The notes beneath the pieces are model-generated. The model made no database searches. It was not told the origin of the DNA and worked only from the letters and a program-made list of their open reading frames with translations. 57,000 nucleotides of DNA, taken from IMG/VR virus record IMGVR_UViG_3300027792_000021, positions 1 through 57,000 of that record; one strand, written 5' to 3'. Shown one piece after another: positions 10,246 through 19,561 of this stretch (the first letter of the stretch is position 1; every line of letters starts with the position of its first letter). This stretch comes from a virus (taxonomy: Duplodnaviria > Caudoviricetes). Both the position numbers and the translations under genes were made by a program.

Positions 10246-10255
10246 AATGATCTCC

Positions 10256-10573
10256 CTAAAAGAAAGGTAATACTTTTACACTGCTTGCACCTGCCGCTGT
10301 ATCTATGCAATGGAAGTTGCTAATGCTTGCACCGCCTATAATAGTATAATAGTTATTCGCATTTAATAGCATCCCATCATCTTCCGTTGGTGCAGTTCCG
10401 TCCATGCGAAATCTTATAGGATGAGTTTCTACCCCTATCATTACAGCTATCGCAGTAAGTCCCTTGTAAATTCCACTTGTAGGTCTGATTACTGAAGAAG
10501 TAAATCCAGTGGATACAGTTGGGGTTAATTCCTCATACCCATACTGATTGCCTAAATTTTCTATAACATACAT
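10256..10573 (-). CDS. Small putative virion structural protein
   Basis: 105 aa, beta-rich, IRFRMDGTAPT motif; lies among fibre genes. Confidence 0.55.
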   Translation of the reverse strand: MYVIENLGNQYGYEELTPTVSTGFTSSVIRPTSGIYKGLTAIAVMIGVETHPIRFRMDGTAPTEDDGMLLNANNYYTIIGGASISNFHCIDTAAGASSVKVLPFF

Positions 10574-10575
10574 AG

Positions 10576-10761
10576 CTATTTCTCCTTATTCTCAAACTTT
10601 TTCAGCTTTTCCTGCATTTCAACAAGTTCAGCTTGCAATTCACTATATCTTCTGGATAATACCTGCATTTCCAAATTAGCTGCACGTATCTTCTCTTTAA
10701 CATACAATTCTTCATAATTTGTTTCTTCTTGTTTTACTTCATTCTTTGTTTCTTTGCTCAT
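10576..10761 (-). CDS. Coiled-coil protein (possible fibre chaperone)
   Basis: 61-aa heptad pattern; GGAGG RBS. Confidence 0.55.
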   Translation of the reverse strand: MSKETKNEVKQEETNYEELYVKEKIRAANLEMQVLSRRYSELQAELVEMQEKLKKFENKEK

Positions 10762-10774
10762 AATACCTCCTGTT

Positions 10775-11731
10775 TTATGTTACTATTATTGAACCACCAG
10801 TTGTCACTGCTATTGTCCCACCTGTTGTTACCCTTAATATACCACCTCCACCTGATACCGCTATAGGGTATCCCCTATATATTCCTAAATCATCGTCTGC
10901 TTCTCCTATGCGTGGCAGATAAAGAAATGTATATTCGCTATCATAATAGAAATTTGCTCCTAAAATCTTGTTTGCAGTATCTTCTTCATCTGTACTGATA
11001 GGATTGCACACATAATCGGTCCATGATGTAAGGTTTGTGGAATAGGCCATGCCACCCCTGAACACCGATCCATCATGCCCGTGATAAAACATATAATATG
11101 TTGAATCTACCTTAATAACATCATCACATACTATATCACCAGTTACCCAATCTGTATCGGATGCTATCATTACCGGATTGGTCGCTTCATTAGTCCATGC
11201 AAATCCATTTGACGATGTGGCAAGAGCTATATCAGCATAAGTTGGGAATCTCTCATAAAGCATATACCATGTTGTTCCTTCAATCCACACTGTAGGTGAT
11301 TGGCAGTTAGAAATCCCTGTTATCTGGCCCTCATCTACCCATGTTACACAATCTGATGAATACCATCGTCTTATATAACAATCACCGCCAGCCTGTTTAT
11401 CTTCTGCATACAGATAATAAAGAGAACCGCTTTTAACTACATAAGGGTCTTCCGCTCTTCTACTTATAACAGGATTTGATGTTGATTTAGTCCATGTCTT
11501 TCCATCACTTGAATACGCATAATGTATTTTTTCATCAGTATTTTTATCAGCATTATATCCTGTATAAAATGTCTTATACTTTGGTGTAGCAGATGCCTCA
11601 TATAATACATTACCTGTTTCTCTTATATACTTATCTGAATCATGTGAACCACCACACACAATAACAGGATTGGCACTTTCATTAAGCCCTATCTTGGTCA
11701 TTAAAGCTAATGTAGTTTTAGAGTAAGCCAT
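10775..11731 (-). CDS. Five-bladed beta-propeller glycosidase-like protein (GH32/43/130-type fold)
   Basis: Repeated Asp-box-like S.DG.TW motifs with NPV; EDPYVV; YYMFYHG; no signal peptide. Confidence 0.72.
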   Translation of the reverse strand: MAYSKTTLALMTKIGLNESANPVIVCGGSHDSDKYIRETGNVLYEASATPKYKTFYTGYNADKNTDEKIHYAYSSDGKTWTKSTSNPVISRRAEDPYVVKSGSLYYLYAEDKQAGGDCYIRRWYSSDCVTWVDEGQITGISNCQSPTVWIEGTTWYMLYERFPTYADIALATSSNGFAWTNEATNPVMIASDTDWVTGDIVCDDVIKVDSTYYMFYHGHDGSVFRGGMAYSTNLTSWTDYVCNPISTDEEDTANKILGANFYYDSEYTFLYLPRIGEADDDLGIYRGYPIAVSGGGGILRVTTGGTIAVTTGGSIIVT

Positions 11732-11732
11732 A

Positions 11733-14333
11733 TTATAATATTGCCTCTAATGCTTTAACTCTCTCATGCAGTTGTAATGTATATAAAGTTAATTCCTCTA
11801 TCTTTTCTATACTCTCCTGCCTTAATGAATTAAATTCAACTTTTTTTCCTTGATTTACACTCATATTTGGTAAACATTCATGTTTTTTGACATAAGTACT
11901 TAATTCATCAAGTGACATTAAATCATATCCAGGTTCAAATACATAATCACAACCTGAACATGCCCCCGTTACTGTTATTCCTGTATTACTTGTTTCAAAT
12001 TTTCTTGATCCATTATAATACAACACAACATACGAATCTTGGTAAGCTCCTATCATTGACTTAGAACCACTTGCGTCATATATAACAAAGTTATTTGTAC
12101 CATTTATCTGTATTGCGCTAAATGATGAAGCATCAATAGTCTGTTCACCAATAATCATATCACCATAAGTACCCTCAAATGTTGTATAACCTGTTATCGT
12201 TGCACCAGTATCAGTTGTTGCAAACTTGGTTACACCATTATAGTCTAATGTAACAGCACCATTTCTATAAGCTCTCATACATTCTTTGCTATTCGCAAGA
12301 TCATACAGAATAAAGTCATCAGATGCTTGCAAATCTATTCTGTTATATGTACCATCGTTTCTTATAAGCATATCACTACTTGTACCTATATATAAACGAT
12401 CACCGTCAGCAATAGTTATTGACCCTATCCCTGTTATATCCTGATCGTTTGTATCAAGATCACCGCCAAGCTGGGGGGTTAAGTCTTCAACTACGTTGTC
12501 TAATGAACCGGAGCTTGGAGTTTCCCATGTAGCTAATCCATTAACATCTGAGGTTAAAACCTTTCCTACTCCGGGGGAACCACCTTCAATTTTTATTGAT
12601 CCCTTAACTATATTTAAAATAGTCCCCCCGTCATTTTCTAATGCAAAAGCCTCTATTTCAGCACCATCTTCACCCATATCAAAATGAACAGTTGATTTAG
12701 GTGTATCAGATTGCATTTCATGGTAAATAGTAAACATTCGCTGATGTTGACTGGCACTTTTCCAATAATTAGCTACTATTGAAAAACGCCTGCTATCTTG
12801 GAGAGGAGCAAGGGCAGTTGAAGTATCAAGACGCTCTATATAGACTGTGGCATCATCACCATCAACTCCTATAATAATATTATCAACTGAGTCATAAGCT
12901 ATTACATTTTGGGGATTACCACTGGAATCAAGCCACCTTATAGCTGTATCGTTAGGGAAAGTAGGCGCACCAGCAGCATCCACTGTAATTAATGAATCCT
13001 GTAAAGTATCACCTCCAGTGCCATCCCATAAAACTATTGCCATATCAGTGGAAGACGCAGGGCCAGAAACATCACCTGCACCACTTGGTGTCCCCCATGT
13101 AGGTGCAACAGCCGCTCCATTTGATTTCAGATATTGTCCATCTGTGCCTAAAGCCAGTTCTGTTACATCACCATCGGCATCACTATAAAAAACCCTCCAT
13201 GCTGTCTGTTCAGTGAAATTTGTTAAATCAGCGTCTAAGACAGCAGAAGTCCCCAACCCAAGGGTAGTTCTCATTGCTGAAGCATCGGCATCATCTATCA
13301 ATGCCTTACCTGCCGCTGTTATTGAAAATCCATCTTTTAAAAGTTTGCTGTCAGCACCATCCCACTGAGGCACATACTCGTCATTGTTAGTTGCAGGGCC
13401 AAGGACATCACCACCTCCGGCAATAGCTGTAAAACCAAACGTAGTCGCAGTAAGCGCAGTCAAAACGTGTCCTGGTGTCAAGCTCGAAACAGTGTGGTAT
13501 GCACTTACCAGACCATGTGTGCTTATACCGGCATGAGCATCGACATACGCTTTATTGGCAGCTTCGTCATCTTCCGTGCAAGTACCTACATTGGCTATCC
13601 AATGACCACCCATATCAACATTGGCAGTCATTACTCCAAGCGTGGTATCTGTGCCTTGTGTATGTTTTTTGGATACAGCATCGTCAAGCTGTGCTTCAGT
13701 ACTACCACCAATGGTATAACCATTCATATCCAAATTGCCGCCAAGCTGGGGTGTTGTATCTTCAACAATATTGCTTATCCCTGCCCCAGCTTCTATGCTT
13801 TCTATCTTGTCATATACGGCATTTTTTGAAGGAGCTATGGTAGTAACTCCATTCCACGAAGCCCCATAAGCAGTATCAGAAGGAGCAGTATGATAATTTG
13901 CTACAGCATTATCAATATCTGTCTCAGAGTTACCGCCTATTTTATGACCATTCATATCAAGATCGCCACCAAGTTGTGGTGTCAAATCTTCTACTATATT
14001 GGAAATACCACCAGTGCCACTTCCAGAAGAAGGAATTATCCTTATATAATCATAAGTTTGTGCCCTGAAATCAGGGTGAGATGAAATTATTTTAAATTCC
14101 TGCGTAGCAGCATAGTCACTATCATCTACCCAGAAATAGAAATAACCATGCTCATCAGTGCTGACATAATGGACTACACCAGTACTAACACTCGATTCAT
14201 AAATATCAGCCAATGTATCTGTACCCGCAAGGTAAACAGTCGCTATGCCAGGATTACCGTCTGCCGTAGTAGCTGATCCTATGACATGTCCATTACCATC
14301 GACCATTGTATTTTGATATATATATCTACTCAT
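11733..14333 (-). CDS. Tail fibre with C-terminal chaperone-like domain
   Basis: N-terminal attachment-like domain; three VED.TPQLGG.LD repeats; C-terminal DYVF...LP...EKIEELTLY coiled coil; no signal peptide. Confidence 0.82.
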   Translation of the reverse strand: MSRYIYQNTMVDGNGHVIGSATTADGNPGIATVYLAGTDTLADIYESSVSTGVVHYVSTDEHGYFYFWVDDSDYAATQEFKIISSHPDFRAQTYDYIRIIPSSGSGTGGISNIVEDLTPQLGGDLDMNGHKIGGNSETDIDNAVANYHTAPSDTAYGASWNGVTTIAPSKNAVYDKIESIEAGAGISNIVEDTTPQLGGNLDMNGYTIGGSTEAQLDDAVSKKHTQGTDTTLGVMTANVDMGGHWIANVGTCTEDDEAANKAYVDAHAGISTHGLVSAYHTVSSLTPGHVLTALTATTFGFTAIAGGGDVLGPATNNDEYVPQWDGADSKLLKDGFSITAAGKALIDDADASAMRTTLGLGTSAVLDADLTNFTEQTAWRVFYSDADGDVTELALGTDGQYLKSNGAAVAPTWGTPSGAGDVSGPASSTDMAIVLWDGTGGDTLQDSLITVDAAGAPTFPNDTAIRWLDSSGNPQNVIAYDSVDNIIIGVDGDDATVYIERLDTSTALAPLQDSRRFSIVANYWKSASQHQRMFTIYHEMQSDTPKSTVHFDMGEDGAEIEAFALENDGGTILNIVKGSIKIEGGSPGVGKVLTSDVNGLATWETPSSGSLDNVVEDLTPQLGGDLDTNDQDITGIGSITIADGDRLYIGTSSDMLIRNDGTYNRIDLQASDDFILYDLANSKECMRAYRNGAVTLDYNGVTKFATTDTGATITGYTTFEGTYGDMIIGEQTIDASSFSAIQINGTNNFVIYDASGSKSMIGAYQDSYVVLYYNGSRKFETSNTGITVTGACSGCDYVFEPGYDLMSLDELSTYVKKHECLPNMSVNQGKKVEFNSLRQESIEKIEELTLYTLQLHERVKALEAIL

Positions 14334-14336
14334 TGG

Positions 14337-17300
14337 TTATTCCTGTTCCTTTATTTTTCTTAATTCTTCTGCACTTGGTACACGGCCCCTCTGGTTTATA
14401 AAACGGCTTATGTCTGATTTTTTTGATCTAATTCTTTTCATTTCAGACTCAGTTCCCTTTCTTACGTTTAACTGTCTTTGCCCTATACCTGTTAAATAAC
14501 TTTGTCTCTTTAATTTAGGATTTTCGTCATCAAGTGCTATAGGTTCTGTATATATATTGCTTAATTCATTTAACATAGGTAATGCAGAATGAATACCATA
14601 TAATAACTTTTTATTTATACCTAATTCATATTCACCTGTTTCTTTATTCAGTCTTTTATCCAATAAACCACGTTTCCCCATTTGCGCTCTTAATTGTTTA
14701 GGTAAATATGATACCCACCAAGGGGCACGGGTTAATTCTAAAGGATGCGCAAGTTTACCAGGCGACGGAAATGTTTTGTAATTATATACAACTTCTGATA
14801 TTAGCTTATATGGAGTAGCTGAATGTAGAAATGTATATTTATCAGTAAGTTTATTGAACTCTAATGGCGGCAAATCCAAAGACATATAAATCGGCTTGCC
14901 TTGTTCAGTTTTAAACTGGCTTTTTACATACATAAGTTTATTAAAGTGTTCAGGTTTAGCTATTATTTCTTCTCTTGTTTCTTCTTCTCTAAAAGCATTA
15001 ATAGACTTACCATATATCTGGTATTTCCTTGGCTGTTCTAATAATTGCTGAATTTGTAATGGAGCATTTTTTCTCGTCCAAGTATAAAAGGGCCATATTC
15101 TTTTCATAACCTTTTTTTCAAACTCAGTTAGTTCTTCATAATCAAACAGATATTTTCTTACAACAGAACATGCTTCTTTAGGAGTATCACCTTTTGCAAG
15201 CCTATCTAAAAAAACAGCAAATCTTGAGTTATCTTCTATCATAGTACCGAAAGAACGTCCGAGTTTGAATGGTGTAAGTTTTCTTAACTTACCATATTTA
15301 ACAACTGATTCTATTTCACCCAACAAATCAGCGTTAATGTCAGCACCCATCCACCCTTTACCTCTTATACCAAGCTCATTAGCCATAGTTCGGAGTTCTT
15401 TATAGGTATATTTTTTACTTCCCAATTCTATAGTTTTATTTGATTTTGTTAAATAACTTAACTGTACATCAGCAGCCTGTTCAAATCTTACAGGATTTTT
15501 AACACCTGCCAAATTAGCCTGAAACCAGTTGGAATACATATTTCTTAAATGAAAAGGTACTCTTAGTGAGGTAGCCATCCCTTTCCATAAATTCTGACCT
15601 TTATCAAAAAACCTCAGCATTTTTCTTGAAGCTGGATCACCTATAAAAAATTTGGTAGCAGAATCAAGGTCTTTTCTAATAGCTTCAGGGACAGCATAAG
15701 TAGGAACTTTGGTAGTAACAGCCGCTATTGTTTTAACTTGGTTCTCAGTCAATTTTCTGACATCTAATAATTCTCCCTCTAATCCCTGCGAATTAAGAAC
15801 TGTATTGATTTGTTCTACTTTTTCGACTAATACTTTTTCAATATCATCAACAGCACCAGAACCATTCGCTTTTATTTTACTTAGATAAACAGATGCTTCT
15901 CCCTCTGTCATTCCTCTGCTAACCAAAGCATCTTTAACTACTTTCTCAAGTTTGGACATTGGACCTGTTTCAGCCCCTTTTACAGCAGAAGTAGTAGATG
16001 TAGTCTTTGTGGTAACTGTTTTCTCAGTTTGCAGACGAAGATCTTTTAGTTTATCAGAAAGATGTTTCAGTTCATCTATAAAACTTGGTTCCAACACCTC
16101 TTTGCTATAAAATCTTATTGCATTTTTTGGGAGATATATGCCATAACCTTCAGGCACTATTCTTGTACCGGACAAAACTTTGGTTCCAAATCGTTCTAAT
16201 GTCTGGTCTATAAACTCTTTTTTAGCTATAACCCTTGCTTGTTCTATCTGCCTATATGCAACAGCTTTTGGAGCGTTCTTTTCTACTGTATAAAGTTTGC
16301 TTTGTTGTTCAGCAAAATCTCTGATGTCTTTTAATTTAAGTTTTTTAGTTATACCAAAAGCATTTTCAAGACCATAACTTTTCATTAAACCATTAGCTTC
16401 TTCAACAGTCTTGGCTTTGGCAATATTATCAAACTGGCCTTTAAGTAAATCTACATCATCAATAGTGTCATACTTCCTGTTTTTTAAAAATGAAGGCTTT
16501 TTAACTTTTTCAAACAAAGAAGGTACTACTTCAGGGCTTGATAAAGATATTCCCCTTTCAGGATAATAATGAGGAAAATAAGGAATATCACGACCTCTCC
16601 ATTTGGTAGCCACTTCTTTTGTAATAAGACCTGATTTTTCTGCTTCATCAATCTGTTTATCTAAAACAGTTCCTATATAATCTAATTTTTCTTTAAGTTT
16701 AGGAGATAATTCATGTATTTTTTCAGGATGTTCTCTATAATGTGAAAGTAATTCCATATCTTCACGATTAATGCCTGATCTCATCTTTTCTAATTGACGT
16801 ATTATTTTCTGTTCCTGAGCTTCAAGTTTCTTTTTCGCATAATATTTGGATTCATAAAACTCTTCAGATACTTTGGCCCCCGGAATAAATGCCTCACCTA
16901 TAAAACTCTCTCTAACAGCTTTTCTTGCCGCCATTCCAGGCTTAGAACGTGCCGCTATTTTAGCTGGTACAGTCAAAGTACCGCTTGGTATATAGGTAGT
17001 AAGATCACCGAATATTGACAAAGCAAGCCCCAAAGTCTTCCTTTTCCAAGGCGACCAATCAGGCTTAATAGTATTCACTATTTCCTGAAAATCATGTTTT
17101 TCTTCTCCAGTAATTCCTCTTTTATACGCTTTTATATCAAAAGGTTTCCCCATCATATTATCTACAATCAGATTAGCAGAAGCGTATTCACCTCTTGACA
17201 GAATATCCAATGTCTTCCCTAAAAATGAATCACCAAAATTATCATCGGGTTCGGGTTCGGCAAACTTGCCGCCCAGAACTTTTGCCATTTCACCACCGGA

Positions 17301-17432
17301 AGCTGGAGGTGAAACTTCAAGAAACTCAGTGGCAGATACCACTTCTTCCTGTTTATTAGAACTATCGGATTGTAATGACTTATTCCATAGTTCTTCTATT
17401 TCTGGTCTTACTCCGTCCAAAGACCTTCCCAT
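14337..17432 (-). CDS. Large internal virion/DNA ejection protein
   Basis: 1031 aa, helical; LFDYEELT.FEK...PFYTWTRKN motif of large ejection proteins; synteny. Confidence 0.7.
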   Translation of the reverse strand: MGRSLDGVRPEIEELWNKSLQSDSSNKQEEVVSATEFLEVSPPASGGEMAKVLGGKFAEPEPDDNFGDSFLGKTLDILSRGEYASANLIVDNMMGKPFDIKAYKRGITGEEKHDFQEIVNTIKPDWSPWKRKTLGLALSIFGDLTTYIPSGTLTVPAKIAARSKPGMAARKAVRESFIGEAFIPGAKVSEEFYESKYYAKKKLEAQEQKIIRQLEKMRSGINREDMELLSHYREHPEKIHELSPKLKEKLDYIGTVLDKQIDEAEKSGLITKEVATKWRGRDIPYFPHYYPERGISLSSPEVVPSLFEKVKKPSFLKNRKYDTIDDVDLLKGQFDNIAKAKTVEEANGLMKSYGLENAFGITKKLKLKDIRDFAEQQSKLYTVEKNAPKAVAYRQIEQARVIAKKEFIDQTLERFGTKVLSGTRIVPEGYGIYLPKNAIRFYSKEVLEPSFIDELKHLSDKLKDLRLQTEKTVTTKTTSTTSAVKGAETGPMSKLEKVVKDALVSRGMTEGEASVYLSKIKANGSGAVDDIEKVLVEKVEQINTVLNSQGLEGELLDVRKLTENQVKTIAAVTTKVPTYAVPEAIRKDLDSATKFFIGDPASRKMLRFFDKGQNLWKGMATSLRVPFHLRNMYSNWFQANLAGVKNPVRFEQAADVQLSYLTKSNKTIELGSKKYTYKELRTMANELGIRGKGWMGADINADLLGEIESVVKYGKLRKLTPFKLGRSFGTMIEDNSRFAVFLDRLAKGDTPKEACSVVRKYLFDYEELTEFEKKVMKRIWPFYTWTRKNAPLQIQQLLEQPRKYQIYGKSINAFREEETREEIIAKPEHFNKLMYVKSQFKTEQGKPIYMSLDLPPLEFNKLTDKYTFLHSATPYKLISEVVYNYKTFPSPGKLAHPLELTRAPWWVSYLPKQLRAQMGKRGLLDKRLNKETGEYELGINKKLLYGIHSALPMLNELSNIYTEPIALDDENPKLKRQSYLTGIGQRQLNVRKGTESEMKRIRSKKSDISRFINQRGRVPSAEELRKIKEQE

Positions 17433-18427
17433 TCCTTGCTTTTAGCAGAAGACCTTACTAATTCTACAATTTCTTTATCTGTGGCTCCAGCTTCTCTTGC
17501 CAACCTTATTGTATCCTGCACTTTTGATGGAACCATCAAGTCAGTCATGACCATTTGTTCAACAGTGTCTAATTCATCAGGACGTAATACTCTTTCAAGT
17601 TTTCTTGTATTCAGCCATCCCATAAGTTTATTTACTTTACCTGAAGGTGTTAGTGCTTCAACATTACCGAGCATATCAGTCTTGCGTGAGAATTTCTTAT
17701 AATAGAAATCTTGTCTTAATCTTTTATCCTCGTTAGTTTTAGATGTTTCACCAGCTCTTTTTAATGCAAAAGCTTCCTCTTTAGTAGTAGGTTCCCATTT
17801 CTTTGGCCCTTTTGCAGCCTCTTTCGCATTTATCATCTCAAGAGCTTCTTCCTTGGTAGTTGGTTTCCACTCTTTTGGTTCTTCTTCTTTTTGCGCTTTT
17901 ATAGCGTCTGCCATAGCCTTGTCTTGGAATAAAGACTGATTTAACCCATCTGTAGTTTGTTGTAATGCAGCCTGCAATTTCTGGTCATTTGGTTTTTCTT
18001 TAATCGCAGTTTTTATTTGTGAAAGTTGCCCTCTCCAATAATCAATACGAGTTCTGCTTAACTTAGAAGCAAAATTAGGCTCTGTTAATGCCTCAGATAT
18101 TGCTTTATAATCTCCCTTTTTTATGACACCTAATCCCCCTTGGTTTTTATCTATATATCCGAGCTTATCAACATAGTCATAGACCATTTTAAACATTGGT
18201 CCTTCTTCACCACCTTCAAAGCCATGAGAAAAAGATTCTATCGCTATAGGCTTGTTGGCTTCTTCCATTTCCATTTGCTCACGCTTGTCTAAATTCCTCA
18301 TTCTCTCAAGTTGAGCCTGAGACAAGGCTACATTGGCATCTGTTTGCCTATAAGCATTAAGAGCATTTGCCGTACCTAAAGCTGTATCTCCAATATTTGA
18401 TCTACCAATATCAGCCAGAATACCCAT
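17408..18427 (-). CDS. Internal virion/ejection protein
   Basis: Helical Q/E/K-rich; W.PTTKEEA repeat x2; synteny. Confidence 0.6.
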   Translation of the reverse strand: MGILADIGRSNIGDTALGTANALNAYRQTDANVALSQAQLERMRNLDKREQMEMEEANKPIAIESFSHGFEGGEEGPMFKMVYDYVDKLGYIDKNQGGLGVIKKGDYKAISEALTEPNFASKLSRTRIDYWRGQLSQIKTAIKEKPNDQKLQAALQQTTDGLNQSLFQDKAMADAIKAQKEEEPKEWKPTTKEEALEMINAKEAAKGPKKWEPTTKEEAFALKRAGETSKTNEDKRLRQDFYYKKFSRKTDMLGNVEALTPSGKVNKLMGWLNTRKLERVLRPDELDTVEQMVMTDLMVPSKVQDTIRLAREAGATDKEIVELVRSSAKSKEWEGLWTE

Positions 18428-18428
18428 C

Positions 18429-18830
18429 TTATCGCCTCCTTAGAAGCTCAATATACAAATTTCTATCTGTTGCCATTCTTGTACCTATTATTCTAAAATT
18501 ATTTGACAAAGCAATTTTTAACGCTGGTATATTGTCATTTCTTATCCATATCATTATGAACTCATATTCTCTATGTATGAACTCTATAGCTTCCTTAAAG
18601 AAATTAAGAACCTTATATCCCCTGAACTGTTCTGTTGCCCCTGCATACTGTATATATACTGTATAAGCATTATGATTATATCCTGACATAAACCCAACGA
18701 CCTTATTATCTTCATACCCTACATATACAAAGGCTGGTGACTGGTAAAGATCATTCTCTTTAAATACTTCTTTATATAATTCAAAATATTCTTCCTTTAT
18801 GTCGTCAGCGAATATTTTGTTTATTATCAC
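18429..18830 (-). CDS. GNAT-family acetyltransferase
   Basis: VVGFMSG, FRGYKV and N.PALK motifs; usual podovirus position among ejection genes. Confidence 0.7.
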   Translation of the reverse strand: MIINKIFADDIKEEYFELYKEVFKENDLYQSPAFVYVGYEDNKVVGFMSGYNHNAYTVYIQYAGATEQFRGYKVLNFFKEAIEFIHREYEFIMIWIRNDNIPALKIALSNNFRIIGTRMATDRNLYIELLRRR

Positions 18831-19552
18831 TTACCGCCTCCGAGCAAACCTCCTATACCACCAACTACTGCACCTACAACAGTACCGACAACAGGAACCA
18901 CTGAACCAATAGCAGCTCCGGCCATAGCCCCACCGGCTGCGCCTACACCAGCTTCAAGTAATGGCTGATCCCCGGGTATCAATGCTTTTGCCCCCATCCC
19001 GATACCAGTACCTAAAAGACCAACACCTCCAGCGGCAGCACCACCAGCCAACCCACTTGCTGCCGTAGTTGCTGTGGTGGCACCAGTAGTAGCGGCTGTT
19101 GCTGAACCAAGACCTTGAGTAGCCGCAAATTCAGCACTTATTGGTCCCAATCCTGCTTCAAGACCTGCTATCTGACCAGCAGTAGGAGCAACCACAGAAG
19201 GTAAGGCAGATACACCGCCAAGCCCTATTTTTGCTCCCAATGCAGTCCCTTTCAGCATGTGTGCGCCAATTATTCCTGTTTGGGCAAGTTGGCCTATCCC
19301 TGACACAGTTGCAGCACGGTCTTGTTTTTTGTTTATATCCTTTTGTTCTTCAAGACGTTCTTCTTCCATACTTACTCTTTTATGCTCAAGACCAATACGT
19401 TCTGCTTCCTGCTGTCTTGAAGCCATAGCGTCCCAATATGCCTGCCATGCAGACCTTTCTTCAGTTGGCGTAACCTGTTGGCCTACCGCCCTTTTTTGTC
19501 TGAAAAACCTTTGGACATCTGCAAATGATTGCGAAGGAAGTGCTAATGCCAT
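18827..19552 (-). CDS. Small ejection protein with glycine-zipper C-terminus
   Basis: Gly/Ala-rich GAAIGSVVPVVGTVVGAVVGG; follows nozzle gene. Confidence 0.65.
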   Translation of the reverse strand: MALALPSQSFADVQRFFRQKRAVGQQVTPTEERSAWQAYWDAMASRQQEAERIGLEHKRVSMEEERLEEQKDINKKQDRAATVSGIGQLAQTGIIGAHMLKGTALGAKIGLGGVSALPSVVAPTAGQIAGLEAGLGPISAEFAATQGLGSATAATTGATTATTAASGLAGGAAAGGVGLLGTGIGMGAKALIPGDQPLLEAGVGAAGGAMAGAAIGSVVPVVGTVVGAVVGGIGGLLGGGK

Positions 19553-19561
19553 GATAAACTC

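Noticed and set aside
1693-14333. Diversity-generating retroelement acting on fibre genes
   Set aside because: No reverse transcriptase ORF and no TR/VR pair with adenine-specific mismatches; the internal repeats are protein-level motifs
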